Assembly: GCF_004010195.1 (NCBI RefSeq)
Contig: NC_057755.1
Span: 5,749,474 to 5,813,473 of the forward strand
Length of the DNA: 64,000 nucleotides
Origin: Chiloscyllium plagiosum
Taxonomy: Eukaryota
Direction: 5' to 3'
How positions within the stretch are numbered: position 1 is the stretch's first letter; every line of letters begins with the position of its first letter. This document shows positions 27,767-39,008 of this stretch, in pieces. The notes below the pieces were generated by a model. It did not search any database. It saw only the letters and a list, made by a program, of their open reading frames with translations, and had not been told where the DNA came from. The position numbers and the translations under genes are program-made.

Positions 27767-28560
27767 TTAACGTTCTGCATTTCCCAGTTAATTTCTTAGC
27801 CATCACTCCTGTCTATGCCTTAAGAACTGTTCTGTTTCTTGCAGCTCTGGATGGTTCAGTTTGGTTCACAATTGCTTTCACATTTGGTCGGTTTGTACTG
27901 ATGTGTTGCCAGAAACTAAGAGCGAGATATTGTCACGAAAGAACCGTTTTTGTTGTTATAGCAACTGTGAGTGTGGTAGGTTGCTTGTGGTCAATTACTT
28001 GGTATTTTGTATTTATTCCTGCGATTATTGTTGAGAATGTACCATGGATTTGCATGACAGTACCAGAATGTTAAACATCAATATTTTGGAAAGTGCATGT
28101 ATGGAAAACACTATATTTCTACCGTTGCTTGCAATAGAATTGATTTTGATATTCAATACTCTATTAGGCACGTTTTTGCAGCCAACCGCATTCGCTCTCG
28201 CCTCCAGATCCATGAATGGAGGGAAAAATACTGGTCCAGAGTTGGTAAATCGGAGAAAATCCAACATCTTGCTCTATTGCATTGTCTGTTAATTTTATGT
28301 TGTTCCAAATGACACAAAGCATATGCCGTATCAGCTTTCAAGAAGTAAATTTTAACGATGAAGACAAGACTTTAAAATCTCCGACATTTGTCTTCCAAGA
28401 AATTGGATTCATGTAATGGCTTCTGAATTTGTTCACCAATGCCTGCATTTATGCTCTAACACAGACTAAATTCAGAGAGGAGTTAATCAATGGAATAAAA
28501 TATCTGTTTACTCGACTTGTTAAGGAATGCAATCAGAATACAGGTCTGACCTCTTTTTGA
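27767..28560 (+). pseudogene. GPR139-like pseudogene C2, 5'-truncated exon 2
   Basis: Manual translation NVLHFPVNFLAITPVYALRTVLFLAALDGSVWFTIAFTFGRFVLMCCQKLRARYC...ENVPWIC; stops at 28072-28074 and 28414-28416; ends ACIYALTQTKFREELINGIKY..TGA 28560. TM1-TM2 part absent. Confidence 0.9.
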
Positions 28561-29235
28561 AAGTGTATTACAGTCAAAGGACAGGATCTCCACTTTGAAA
28601 CGGCTTGGATATCTTCCCCTGGTTGCATCAAATAAGATGGATTCCTTGTCCTAGTAATTGTAAAGTAGCCTCTTCGCCACTCAAATATGAGCTAATCTAG
28701 TGTGCAAATAAAAAAGAAAAACAATAATAATCTGAAATTGTAATAATATTTCAATGAGTATCTGTAAAGTATGTTACTGGTCAAAATGCGGAGTCTTTGC
28801 TGTTGTGTTTGATGTTGAGGCTTTTGCAATTGTTAATGTATTTAAAGTTTTGCTTTATCTCATTAATAAGGGTACGTTCTTATGCTGAATGGACATTGGC
28901 AGCCTCATGTGAACACACTCTGCAGCTAACTACCACAGTAACCCTTGGAAAAGAAATCTGAAAATCTTCTAAACTGCTATCAAAGTGGGATATTATTTGA
29001 CCGGCATTTTTAACAGCTGGTTGCACCACATACAATGTTCAAAGGGTTTTCCACAATTCACGTTCAGTTTCTCGCATTGCTTCCGGAAATCAACTTGTCC
29101 CGTTTTCTCCATCATTGTAAATGATCAACCACCCATCTTTTAAGCTATCTCATTGTCAACTGTCCTGAATCTTCTTCATTACGTGTGTTTGCATTTGTTT
29201 TTTTTTAAACTGTTAAAAAGTGCCAGTTAAGTTTC

Positions 29236-29990
29236 GTATGCAATGACATCAATCTTTGTCTCAACGTTGTAAAACAAAATAATTGTTCATTGACTTCAGG
29301 AAGAAAAGAGATGGACACCCCCCCTCCCCCATCTACATTAACAGAGTTGGTGTGGAGAGGGTGTACACCATCAAACCTTCGGAGTTTTGATAACTGAAAA
29401 GATGTCCTCGGCCACTCACAGAGATACGACGGTGAAGAAGGCACAACGTTGCCTCTACATGCTGAGGTGGCCCAGGAAATTTAGCGTATCCATACGGACC
29501 ATCACCAACATTTAGATATGAAACATTGAAATCAGAAAGTCTGGGTGAATATTGATCTGGTATCTGGGACCGTAAGAAACTAGAGAAGTTTGTGTGCCCA
29601 GCCCAGGCAATCACGAATGCCAAACTCGCATTTATGGACTCCTTTCAAACTTCTTTTTTCTGTGGAAAGACTGCAAAAATCATCAAATACCCCTCTCACA
29701 TTGATAAGCATCAATCAGGCAAAAGATATAGCGACTTGAACACGCACCAGCAGGTTCAGGAACAGCTTCTGCCCTGCAATTAGTCAACCACCGAATGGAC
29801 CTCTCTAACTTCAAATAATGTTGCTCTTGCTTTGTGCACCTCTTGTGCAGTTAAAACCTTGTATGCCTCGCTCTGACAATGCACCCCGTGATCTATATGT
29901 CCTTGTTTGCTATGATTAGCCTGTACTGCTCGCAGAACAAAACTTTTCAGTCTGGCTAAGGTACGTTTGACTACAATAAATCAAATCAAG
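29236..29990 (+). mobile_element. Rex-Babar/REX1-like LINE 3' fragment
   Basis: DFRK..PIYIN..VERV and KKAQRCLYMLR..RKF remnants; ends aataaatcaaatcaa. Absent from the paralogous arm near 4580. Confidence 0.75.
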
Positions 29991-30739
29991 TCAGTTCTGA
30001 TTGAACATTGTGACTCTTTATTGTTACTTTCTCCTGTTTATATCTGGGCACATAATGTACAAAGCACAGTGGATGGTCACTGACCTCACGAGATTTGAAC
30101 AGATCCCTGAACAGTGAGACTCAGCACCAAGATTGACTGCGAAAGAAATACTGAGCATTGGCACTATTTCTGAGGAAAATTCTTGACCACTGAGATGCAT
30201 TGTTTAGAAATCCAGAACCGGCGAGGATGTGTTGAAATAGAAGTATACAAAGTGCACAATCTCCTTTGCTCCGTCGTAAATTGCATGATAAATCTATCGA
30301 CTTACTCCCCATCGGATCGAAAATGAATAATTTGATGGTTGGAACAGAAGAAGGTGTCAAGTGACTTTTTTCAAATTTTCCCTGTCTTGCAAAGGATGTA
30401 TGACATCAGCAAAACATTGAAAGAATGGTCATGTGACTTCCAAAAATAAAAAGAAGAGGAGGCCCATTTAGCCCATCGAGTATGCTTTACAGTTCAATAG
30501 GATCACGACTGGACCAAGAGTCCTCACGTTCATCTTTGTGCCATGTCCCCATAAGTTTTGATTCCCCGAATGATCAAGAATCTATCTCTCAGCCTTAAAT
30601 ATGTGACATGGAGTTCCAAAACCCACAAAACGCTCGGGGAAGAAATTCCTCCTTATCACAGTCTGAAATTGACACCCTTTAATCCATTTCGCTATGTCAA
30701 GCAGCCCACTTAATTGGCACCAAATCTACAAGGTGCAGT

Positions 30740-31110
30740 TCCTCCGCCACCGATGCTCAGTAGCAACTGTGTATACCAGCTACAAGATGCACTGCTGAAA
30801 TTTACCATTTATTCTTTGGGCAGCATCTTCAAAACCACAGCCACTTTCATCACAGAGGGCATGCTCTATGGCACATAACTGGGAACATCATCCCATTCAG
30901 TTTCCCCTCCAAACCACTCACAATCCTGACTTTGAAATATGTCAGCATTCCTTCAGTGTCGCTGGGTCAAAATTCTGGAAGTATCTCCCTAAGGGAAGTT
31001 GTGGGTCAACTGACAGCACATAGCGGTTCATGAAGGCAGCTCACTATGACCTGCTCAAGGGGTAACTGGGGACTGGCAATAACTGTTGGCCCATACTCAG
31101 TCTACCAACG
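30740..31110 (+). mobile_element. Old CR1/L2-group LINE 3' fragment
   Basis: Homologous to 6830-7230. Confidence 0.6.
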
Positions 31111-31315
31111 CAAAAATGGAAGTTATCTTTTTATTTCTGGTTCGGATTTCTGATAATTCTAATTCATAACAATGCAATGCATTTATTTGGCATTGAATAA
31201 ATATTGCAGAAAGTTTGGCAAAACAACACCAAGACAACCTTTATTTACACCTGCACAATACACTGACACTGACAAGCAAACTCAGAGCCAGTCCCGAGAG
31301 CGAGGAGAAACGCCC

Positions 31316-33486
31316 TTTTTTGTTTTTGTTTTAATGTTTTTTCTATTTATTAAGCAATATGCAGTTTACAAAACAATTAACAGTAACAGCTGTGTACAGA
31401 AATAACAAATGTACAAGTAAAAGGAATGGCAGAGCCAGGCCCCAAACCAAATCCGTTTAACCAGTTTTCAGGGCAATGAGGAGAAACCTCAAATCCCAGT
31501 CTCAATCATTAAAACACAGTAACAATTACATTTGTACATATAAGACTGTCCAACTACATAAAAACAGGGCACACAATAGAGACCACCAGCAATCCAGCAA
31601 GCCATGGTCCCACCCACCTTCTGTCCACTCTGAGGCCGCCCGTCCCTACACCAGTTCCAGCTCATGGTTCGCCCCATGCTCCTTCCAGTTCTCAGTGCGC
31701 TCTGACGCACCTTCCGACCACCTCTAGATCAGCCTGGCCTGCTTCCCCAACTCCCCCCAAGGACGACAGCAGCCAGAAGAGCCTACACATCTTCCAGCTT
31801 CCCTAACTCACTTTCGCACCTTCTGACCACCTCTAAACAGCCCGCCACGCTACCCGCCCAGCGTGACAACGCTGAGGACAGTCGAATCGCCTTCCAGCTC
31901 TCCGTCTGCCCCTACATCCCATCGGGCTTGCACCCACCCTGATGCACCATCTGGCCTGTGGACTGCACTGACACACCATCCGGCCACCTCTAAGACCGCC
32001 CGTCCCCTTCCCTGGGACCACAGGGCGCAGGTAAAAGCACAAGACTTCCAAATCTTGGCCTGCCCCTCCGCACCATCTGGCTCTCAGAAGCTCTAACACA
32101 CCTTCCGACCACCTCGAGGACTGCCCGTCCTGTTTACATCTTCTCGGGATGGCAATGCTCAGAACGAACTACCCACCTTCTAGCTCTCAAGCGAATGGCA
32201 CCGGTATGGCCTACCCACCCTCCAGCTATCAACATGCGACCTTTCTGGACGACCTATGACCATCCCAGCTCATATTAAGACCTGCCAGACTCAGGGACAA
32301 AAGAACGTGCAGGTGATAACCCCAAAACGCAACATGACAGAGTCAATTATCAACAGACAGAGTTTTTTTCTGGTACAGAGTGCATTACCATATGTAGTTG
32401 TCTCCAAAACATAGAGTCCATTTCAGGGAACGGAGTCCACTCCAGCATACAAAGTGTATTGTCAGAAGAAGCGTCCGCTCCAAACTGCAGAGTCCTTATC
32501 CAAGGGCAGAGTCCATTCCTGAAGGCAGTAAATACACACCACACATTTCACAGTTGTTCAATCGCCACAGACTCCTGGCCCATCCAAAGGGAACCAGGCC
32601 CACTCACAGGAACAGAGTACATTGTAAAGGTGCAGTTAACTCACTGGGGTTTGGTCCACTCCTAAAGGAAGGGTCAACTCCCAAACTCCAGGATGCAGCA
32701 AATGTTCACCTCCGAGCACACACAGAGGTGTTCAGTCTTTGCAGTAGCCCAGTACCATGGCCAGCCCTACCCACAGGAAAAGCTCATCTGGTAAGTTGTA
32801 TTTTCCCGCAAGGGCTCAGTCCAGTGACCAAAAAACATTGAAGACACAAGCAAAAGAAAGGACACGAGAGTTCAAGGGCTAAACCCTGCCAAAAAAAATC
32901 AAATATTGTCCTTTTTTCAAAGTGAAAGCGAAAACAGTAACGGAGAAGCTGTTACCATCAAGTGAAACAACAATCCCTTAATGAGAACGGGGTTACACCT
33001 GAAACACATTGATTGTGTGGATCGGACAGTTCAGAAGTCAGTCCTCAATAAAGAGGGAATATCAGTTAACAAACTGGCTAAATAATTCAGCCAGTTCAGG
33101 AATCAGGTTTTGTGATTAGATTACTTACTGTGTGGAAACAGGCCTTTCGGCCCAACAAGTCGGCACCGACCCTCCGAAAAGCAACCCACCAAGACCCATC
33201 CCCCTAATATTTACCCATTCACGTAACACTACGGGCAAATTAGCATGTGTAATTCACCTAACCTGCACATTTTTGAACTGTGGGAGGAAACCGGAGTACC
33301 CGGAGGAAACCCATGCAAACACGGGCAGAATGTGCAAATTCCACACGAACAGTTGCCTGAGGCAGGAATTAATGTCAGGTGCCTGGCACTGTGAGGTAGC
33401 AGTACTAACCATTGTGCCACCGTGCCGACCCCAAACAAGAAGCAGAAACCAACAGCAGCAGTAAAACAATGACTGTGGCCCAGACA
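31316..33486 (-). mobile_element. Unclassified poly(A)-tailed insertion (possibly a non-autonomous L1/Tx1 derivative)
   Basis: T-rich tail at ~31316-31350; flanked by a ~30-bp direct repeat actcagagccagYcccKagagYgaggagaa (31280-31309 and ~33487-33516); internal repeats; no clear RT. Confidence 0.5.
33114..33430 (-). mobile_element. HE1-type tRNA-derived SINE
   Basis: Minus-strand head cggcacggtggcacaatggttagtactgctacctcacag, conserved central domain, CR1-like tail; homologous to 9301-9606. Confidence 0.9.
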
Positions 33487-33529
33487 ACTCAGAGCCAGCC
33501 CCTAGAGTGAGGAGAATCTCCTGTTTATT

Positions 33530-34161
33530 TTATTTTCTTACAGTGAGAGACACAAGGTGCACGAATCTTTATTCAATTTCCACCACCAGGAAGAAAGAAA
33601 ACACCTGAGTGGCCTGTGACAATCAGTGCCCTTCACAAAAGGCAATACTGTGTGAAATCTCCTGTTTATTTATTTTTTAGACACTCCGGTTTTTTTTTAA
33701 AAATTCTCCAAACTCCACACTACCGACTAGCTGCGGTAGTGCTTATTTTCCCCAGAATCCATGTGTGTGTGCAGGTGTGAGACACAGTGAGAGACACAAG
33801 GTGTGCGAATCTTTATTCAATTTCCATCACCAGGAAGAAAGAAAACACCCGAGTGACCAGTGACAAGCAGTGCCCTTCACAAAAGGCAATGCTGTGTGAA
33901 ATCTCCTGGTTATTTGTTTTTCTTTTTTTTGGGTTTTTTTACCCCCACCACTAGGAAGATGAAAACACCCGGGTGGCCAGTGACAAACAGTGCCCTACAC
34001 AAAAGGTAATGCTATGTGATCAGTTTTTAGATTTATTTTATTCTTTTTTTTCTTTCTTTATTTTTCCTCTTTTTTTTATTTTAACTCCAACACCAGGAAG
34101 ATGAAAACACCCGGGTGGCCAGTGATAAGCAGTGCCCTACTCAAAAGGCAATGCTGTGTGA
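33530..34161 (-). repeat. Four tandem short poly(A)-tailed retroelement 3' ends
   Basis: Core caccaggaaga..gaaaacacc..gtggccagtgacaagcagtgccct.cacaaaaggcaatgctgtgtga occurs four times, each preceded by a T-rich tract; aatctcctg(t/g)ttat at ~33516, 33657, 33900 and 34162. Confidence 0.8.
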
Positions 34162-34429
34162 AATCTCCTGGTTATATCTGTCAGCAAGGGGTCCCTGATT
34201 GGCAAGGTTAGCAAATCCAATCAGGAACTCACAGTCAATGAGATCTTATAGGCCCTCGTTCCAATCACCATAAACGCTGAACATTAACCTGTCAAATCTG
34301 CGATCCAATAGTTGAATTTTATGAAGCCGTTGTCTCTCAATGCAGATTTGAAAGTTTGACTGAGAAGTGAATTATTCCAATTAAAGGGCCAATCAATACT
34401 TCGAAGTAATGCAGCAACCGAGATTGGCA

Positions 34430-34625
34430 GAGAGTGAGATAGAAAGAGACACAGATTCAGAGTGAGAGAGAGAGAAAGCGAGCGAAGCAGAGAGAATGAG
34501 AAAACAACTTGGAAAGAGACAGAAATGGAGAGACAGAAAGAGAGACAGGGCAGTCAGATAGAGAGCAAAAGGGAAACAGAGATACACAAAGTGAAATAGA
34601 GACAGTTAGAAATGCGAAAGAGAAT
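34430..34625. repeat. Degenerate GA-rich simple repeat
   Basis: gagaca/gagaga low-complexity tract. Confidence 0.8.
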
Positions 34626-35689
34626 AAATGGAGTCGTGTGGCCAGTGGTGGTCTATAGGGATCGGTGTTGCGTCCAATTTTTGTTTGTCAGTTATGTATC
34701 AATGAATTAGATGAGGAAAGTGAAAGCATGGTGAGTAATTTTGCGAATGAGATTGCTTTATCTCCCATACAGTGCATTTGTTTTACATATTCCGCTAAAG
34801 AACTTTAAATCGACTCGTATAAATAATAATATTAATTCATTGAACAGAATTGACATTAGAAAATTAAAGTACATGATGAAATAACGGTAATCACTGCAAA
34901 GTAACGCATACTTTAACTTAAATTTGTTTGATCATGTCCAACACTCAAGAACGTGGCCTGGCTACAGGTGTACCTTTCTCTGCCATTGTAAATACACAAA
35001 AAAAGGGTGTAGGATACGTACTGGACTGAGTACATGGCTTTGCTATTTCCCATTCTATAAACTACTGATAAACACTGCAAAATATCTTATTGTATAACTT
35101 ACGTTTGTGTGATCGCATACCACCACACGAGAATTTGGCTGGGCTACATGTGGTAATATTTCCTACTTCCAGTTTTCTTTGAGGTGTCTTTTCTTTCTGT
35201 GGTTAGCGCCCTGAGTGGGGTTTTGTGATGATTCTCAGCCTTCCAAGTCTTCACGCACTTTTGGGATATTCTTGAGGACCTGCCAATAGATTGATCAAGT
35301 TCAATTAACCTGATAATTCGGTCCCAGTCAGGTGTTGGCACATTGATGGCGGGGTGGCTAGTAGATGCCCATTATGATAGGTGGTGGATTCACGTAGCCT
35401 CCTCCAAATAAGTGTGTCAGACTCCTCCGTATCCCACAAATGACTCGATGCTCCCGATTGTTCCAAGGGCGATATTCCATCATCCCAATAAAGTCCAACT
35501 TCCAGTGATTATTGCACGGTCTGCAGCTGCCAGTTTTGTTTGCAAACCATTTGTGGGCAGCTGCAGTGTGCCAGGATTCTGCACCACGTGGATTGACACA
35601 GTCATTTTAAACAAGACTTGTTTCCATTTCCCAGCATGCTTTAATCACTGTTCATCTTTTGTAATTCCATGGTAAATAGTATATCTGGA

Positions 35690-37310
35690 TGTAAGTTTGC
35701 TTCCTGAGCTGGAAGGATTGTTTCGTCACCATACTAGACAACATCATTAGTGAGCCTCCGATGAAGCACTGGTGGAATTGTCCACTCTTTACTTATCTGC
35801 TTAGGTTTCCTTGGGTAGGTGCTGTCATTTCCTGTGGCGTTGTAATTTCCTGTGGTGACATCATTTCTGGTTCTTTTTCTCAGTGTGGTCAAGTGGAGAC
35901 AAGTCAATGTGTTTGCTTGTAGAGATCCGATTAGAATGCTATGCTTCTTGAAATTCTCCTGCATGTCTCAGTTTGGCTTGTCCGAGAATGGATGAGTTGT
36001 CCCAGTCGAAGTGGTAGCCTTCCTCATCTGTATGTAAAATCTCCAGTGAGTGTGGGTCATGTGTTTTTGTGGCTAGTTGATGTTCATGTATCCTGGTGGC
36101 ACGTTTTCTCTCTGATTGTCCATTTTAGTGTTTGTTACAGTCATTGCAAGGTATTTTGTTCATGGCATTAGTTTTGCTCATTGCCTGCATAGGGTCTTTC
36201 AAGTTCAGTGGCTGTTTTTATTTGTGCTGGTGAGTTTCTGGGCTACCATGATGCCAAGAGGTCCGAGTAGTCCGGTAGTCATTTCAAAAATGTCTTTGAT
36301 TTTGGCGAGATTGGCTAAGGTTTTTGGACACGTTTTATCAACTTGTTTGGGGTTGTTGCTGAGAAATTGATGGACTGTGTTCGTTGGCTATCTGTTCTTT
36401 TTGAATATACTGTATAGGTGATTTTCCTCAGCTCTTCGTTGCTCCTCTGTGCTGCAGTGTGTGGTGACTCGTTGAAGTAATGTTTTAATACAGATTCGTT
36501 TGTGGAAGTTGGGATGATTGCTTCTGTACTTCAGTATTTGTTCTGCATGTGTTATCTTTCTGGAGACGCTGTTTGCAAGTGCCCCATTGGCTTCTCGCTC
36601 AAATGCGAATCTCGGAATGGCAGTTTGTTATTGTTTTCCTCTTCGATAGTGAATTTTATGCCAGTAAAGATATTGTTGATGGCCTTGAAGGTTTCCTCTA
36701 ATTTATTTGATTTAGCGAGACAAAGTTGTCATCCACTTCGGGGACCCAAAGTTTGGGTTGGATGGTTCGCAGAGCTGTTTGTTCGAATGTCTGCATTACT
36801 GCCTCTGCAAACAATGCTGTTATCGGCGATTCTATGGGTCGTCACTTGGGTTCTCTGTAGGTTTTGCTGCTGAAGGTGAAGTCGGTGGTACATTTTCTCG
36901 ACAATGTTGTCCCTGTTGATGAAGTTGATCGAGTTTGGTGTATATGTATTTGGTTATTCTAATTGAGTAGTCAGTCATTCCTTGGCCGGGTTGATGTTGA
37001 TAGATGTGAAAATGTTGTTGCATCAAAGAAGGCCATTATTTCATCCTCTTCTATTTTGGTGTCTTTAACGGTCTTCATGAATTCTTGGCTGGAGTGGATG
37101 GAGTGGCGTGAATCTTCTACTCAGTGTTTTAGTATTTGACATCGCGCCTTGCCTAATCTATAATTTGGTCTTCTGGGTAGCGAGGCTGTGGTGCTGAGGC
37201 GGGGAGGTGGGCGGCGTTCCTGGTTTGTGAATTTTGGGTGATCTGTAGAAATGTGGTTTGTTGGTTCCATCTCATTTTGTTTTCGATCGTATGTTAATTA
37301 TTGTCCATCA
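35690..37310 (-). mobile_element. Decayed Penelope-like element (RT plus GIY-YIG)
   Basis: Minus-strand remnants PHFYRSPKIHKPG, HSIHSSQEF, SFDA, AEAVMQ, PKLWV, ACNDCNKH..GQ..RKRATRIHEHQL, REFQEA..KHIDL; pLTR-like end near 35700-35780. Confidence 0.85.
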
Positions 37311-37399
37311 TAAGTTCTTTATTTTGGGTGACCCGTCGCCACAACATCAAGATTGGTGTATGGAGACATTGAAGAAGGTTATTAACGATTATAAATACG

Positions 37400-38245
37400 T
37401 CTCGTTTAACTGAGTCAATCGGCTGAAGAGTGGCAAGTAGAGTTTAAGCTGAAATCATGTGAGGTGTTGCATTTTGGTCAAGTAAAAAATGACAGGACTT
37501 TTCCAAACAAAGGTAATGCCTTATGCAGCGCTGTGGAACAGAGAGATCCAAGGGATCAGGTACGTAATTGTTTGAATAGTGCATCACGTAAAGATAGGGT
37601 GGGAAAGTAACATTTAGCATGCTTGCCTACTTTGCTCAGCACTATAAGTATATGAATTGGTTCATCACGTTGAGTTTTTAGAGGCTATTAGTGAAACCAC
37701 TTCTGGAGCACTGTGTCCAATTCTGGTCTCCCTGTTATAAGAGTATATTAATAAGCTCGAGAGGATTCATAAGAGATTCACAAGAGTGTTGCCACAAATG
37801 TAGTGTTTGAGTTATGATGGCAGGATAGGTAGTCTGGGACTGTTTTCACTGGAGAATAGGAGGTTGAGAGGTGATCTCATTGAATTGTACAAAAACAATG
37901 AAGGGTACAGGTAAGGGTATTGGCAGATGACACTTTCCTCGGGTGGGGGATTTCAAGACTAGAGGGCATATTTTCACAGCGATTGGAGAAACATTTAAAA
38001 ACGACAATGGGGCAAATCTATTCTTGCACGAGGGATGGGTCATTTGTGGTATGAACCTCCAGAGGAAGTGTTTGATGTAGGTCGAGTTACAATGATTAAA
38101 GTACATTTGGATAAGCACAAGGTTTAAAAAAAGTATTGAAGGATATGGGCAAGCAGGTGGAGCTAGTTTAATTCGGGATTATTGTCGACGTAGATCGGTT
38201 TGACTGAAGGATCTTTTGCCAAATCCGAATGACTCTCTGATTCTA
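37400..38245 (+). mobile_element. Old CR1 LINE 3' fragment
   Basis: PLLEHCVQFWSP and RRLRGDLIELYK remnants; gactct tail. Confidence 0.85.
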
Positions 38246-38254
38246 TAATGCAGA

Positions 38255-38280
38255 AAAAGAGAGATCGGGTAATTGAAAAA

Positions 38281-38311
<31 letters not shown>

Positions 38312-38575
38312 TGTAGAAATGGAAAGGGAAATATGGAGAGACTGAAAGAAAGAGAGAAACGGAGAAATGTAAGTATTCAATCAGATGGAGCAACAGATAG
38401 AAAGAGAGGGAGGGAGAAAAAGTATAGAGTGACACTGAAACATTGATTCAGAAGAGAAAGAATCTGAGGCAAAGACAGAGAAATAAAATGACATAGGTAC
38501 ACAGAGACATAATGAGGGGGAACAGAAAGAGTTAAACAGAATGAAATACTGAAAGACTTAAATAGAAAGAGATAA
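38255..38575. repeat. Degenerate GA-rich simple repeat upstream of gene A
   Basis: Low-complexity ga/gaaa tract. Confidence 0.75.
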
Positions 38576-38935
38576 AGTTTTGAGCATTTTCAAATCAATG
38601 ACTGGCTGCAGAAGAGGAATGGAATTTCCCAGTTTTGTTGCAATCCTGTTTATTACTTTAAAAATTAAAGAAACACAATCAATATTGACAGAATATAACC
38701 CTCGGTATTTGTTTGCTAATTAATATGATCAAAACTTTTCTCTGGAGTCTCTGTTCTAAATATATCTTTGATTCCCAAGATGTAAATTAATTGCCTATTT
38801 GTCTATTACACCAAAAAACAAAAAAAGATAATGATGTAAATTACACATGCTTTAAATTAAAGGATCGGCAAAATGTCACCCCAGCGCATGTTACAGAGAG
38901 ACTGCTTAAAGCAAAAACTCGTTCCTCAAAATACG

Positions 38936-39008
38936 ATGAAGATGATCGAAACATTTAACAATATGAGGAAATTGTATTACCTGATGCTAGCTGCCATTGG
39001 TGTTCCGG
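38936..39008 (+). CDS. GPR139-like GPCR gene A, coding exon 1 (short N-terminus and first half of TM1)
   Basis: Manual translation from ATG 38936: MKMIETFNNMRKLYYLMLAAIGVP plus 1 nt (G), followed by a canonical donor gtaagt at 39009. Its phase matches exon 2 at 43587. Too short for the ORF track. Confidence 0.88.

Larger units (their letters stand above)
31194..34270 (-). mobile_element. Solo LTR-like element split by ~2.85 kb of nested insertions (halves at 31194-31310 and 34162-34270)
   Basis: The two halves match, in reverse complement, the 3' and 5' halves of 8193-8425. Confidence 0.7.

Noticed and set aside
33530..34161. Repeat-spacer appearance suggesting a CRISPR-like array (also 31610-32135)
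   Set aside because: Vertebrate context, no cas genes, degenerate repeats, and spacers that are poly-T tails or related to each other.
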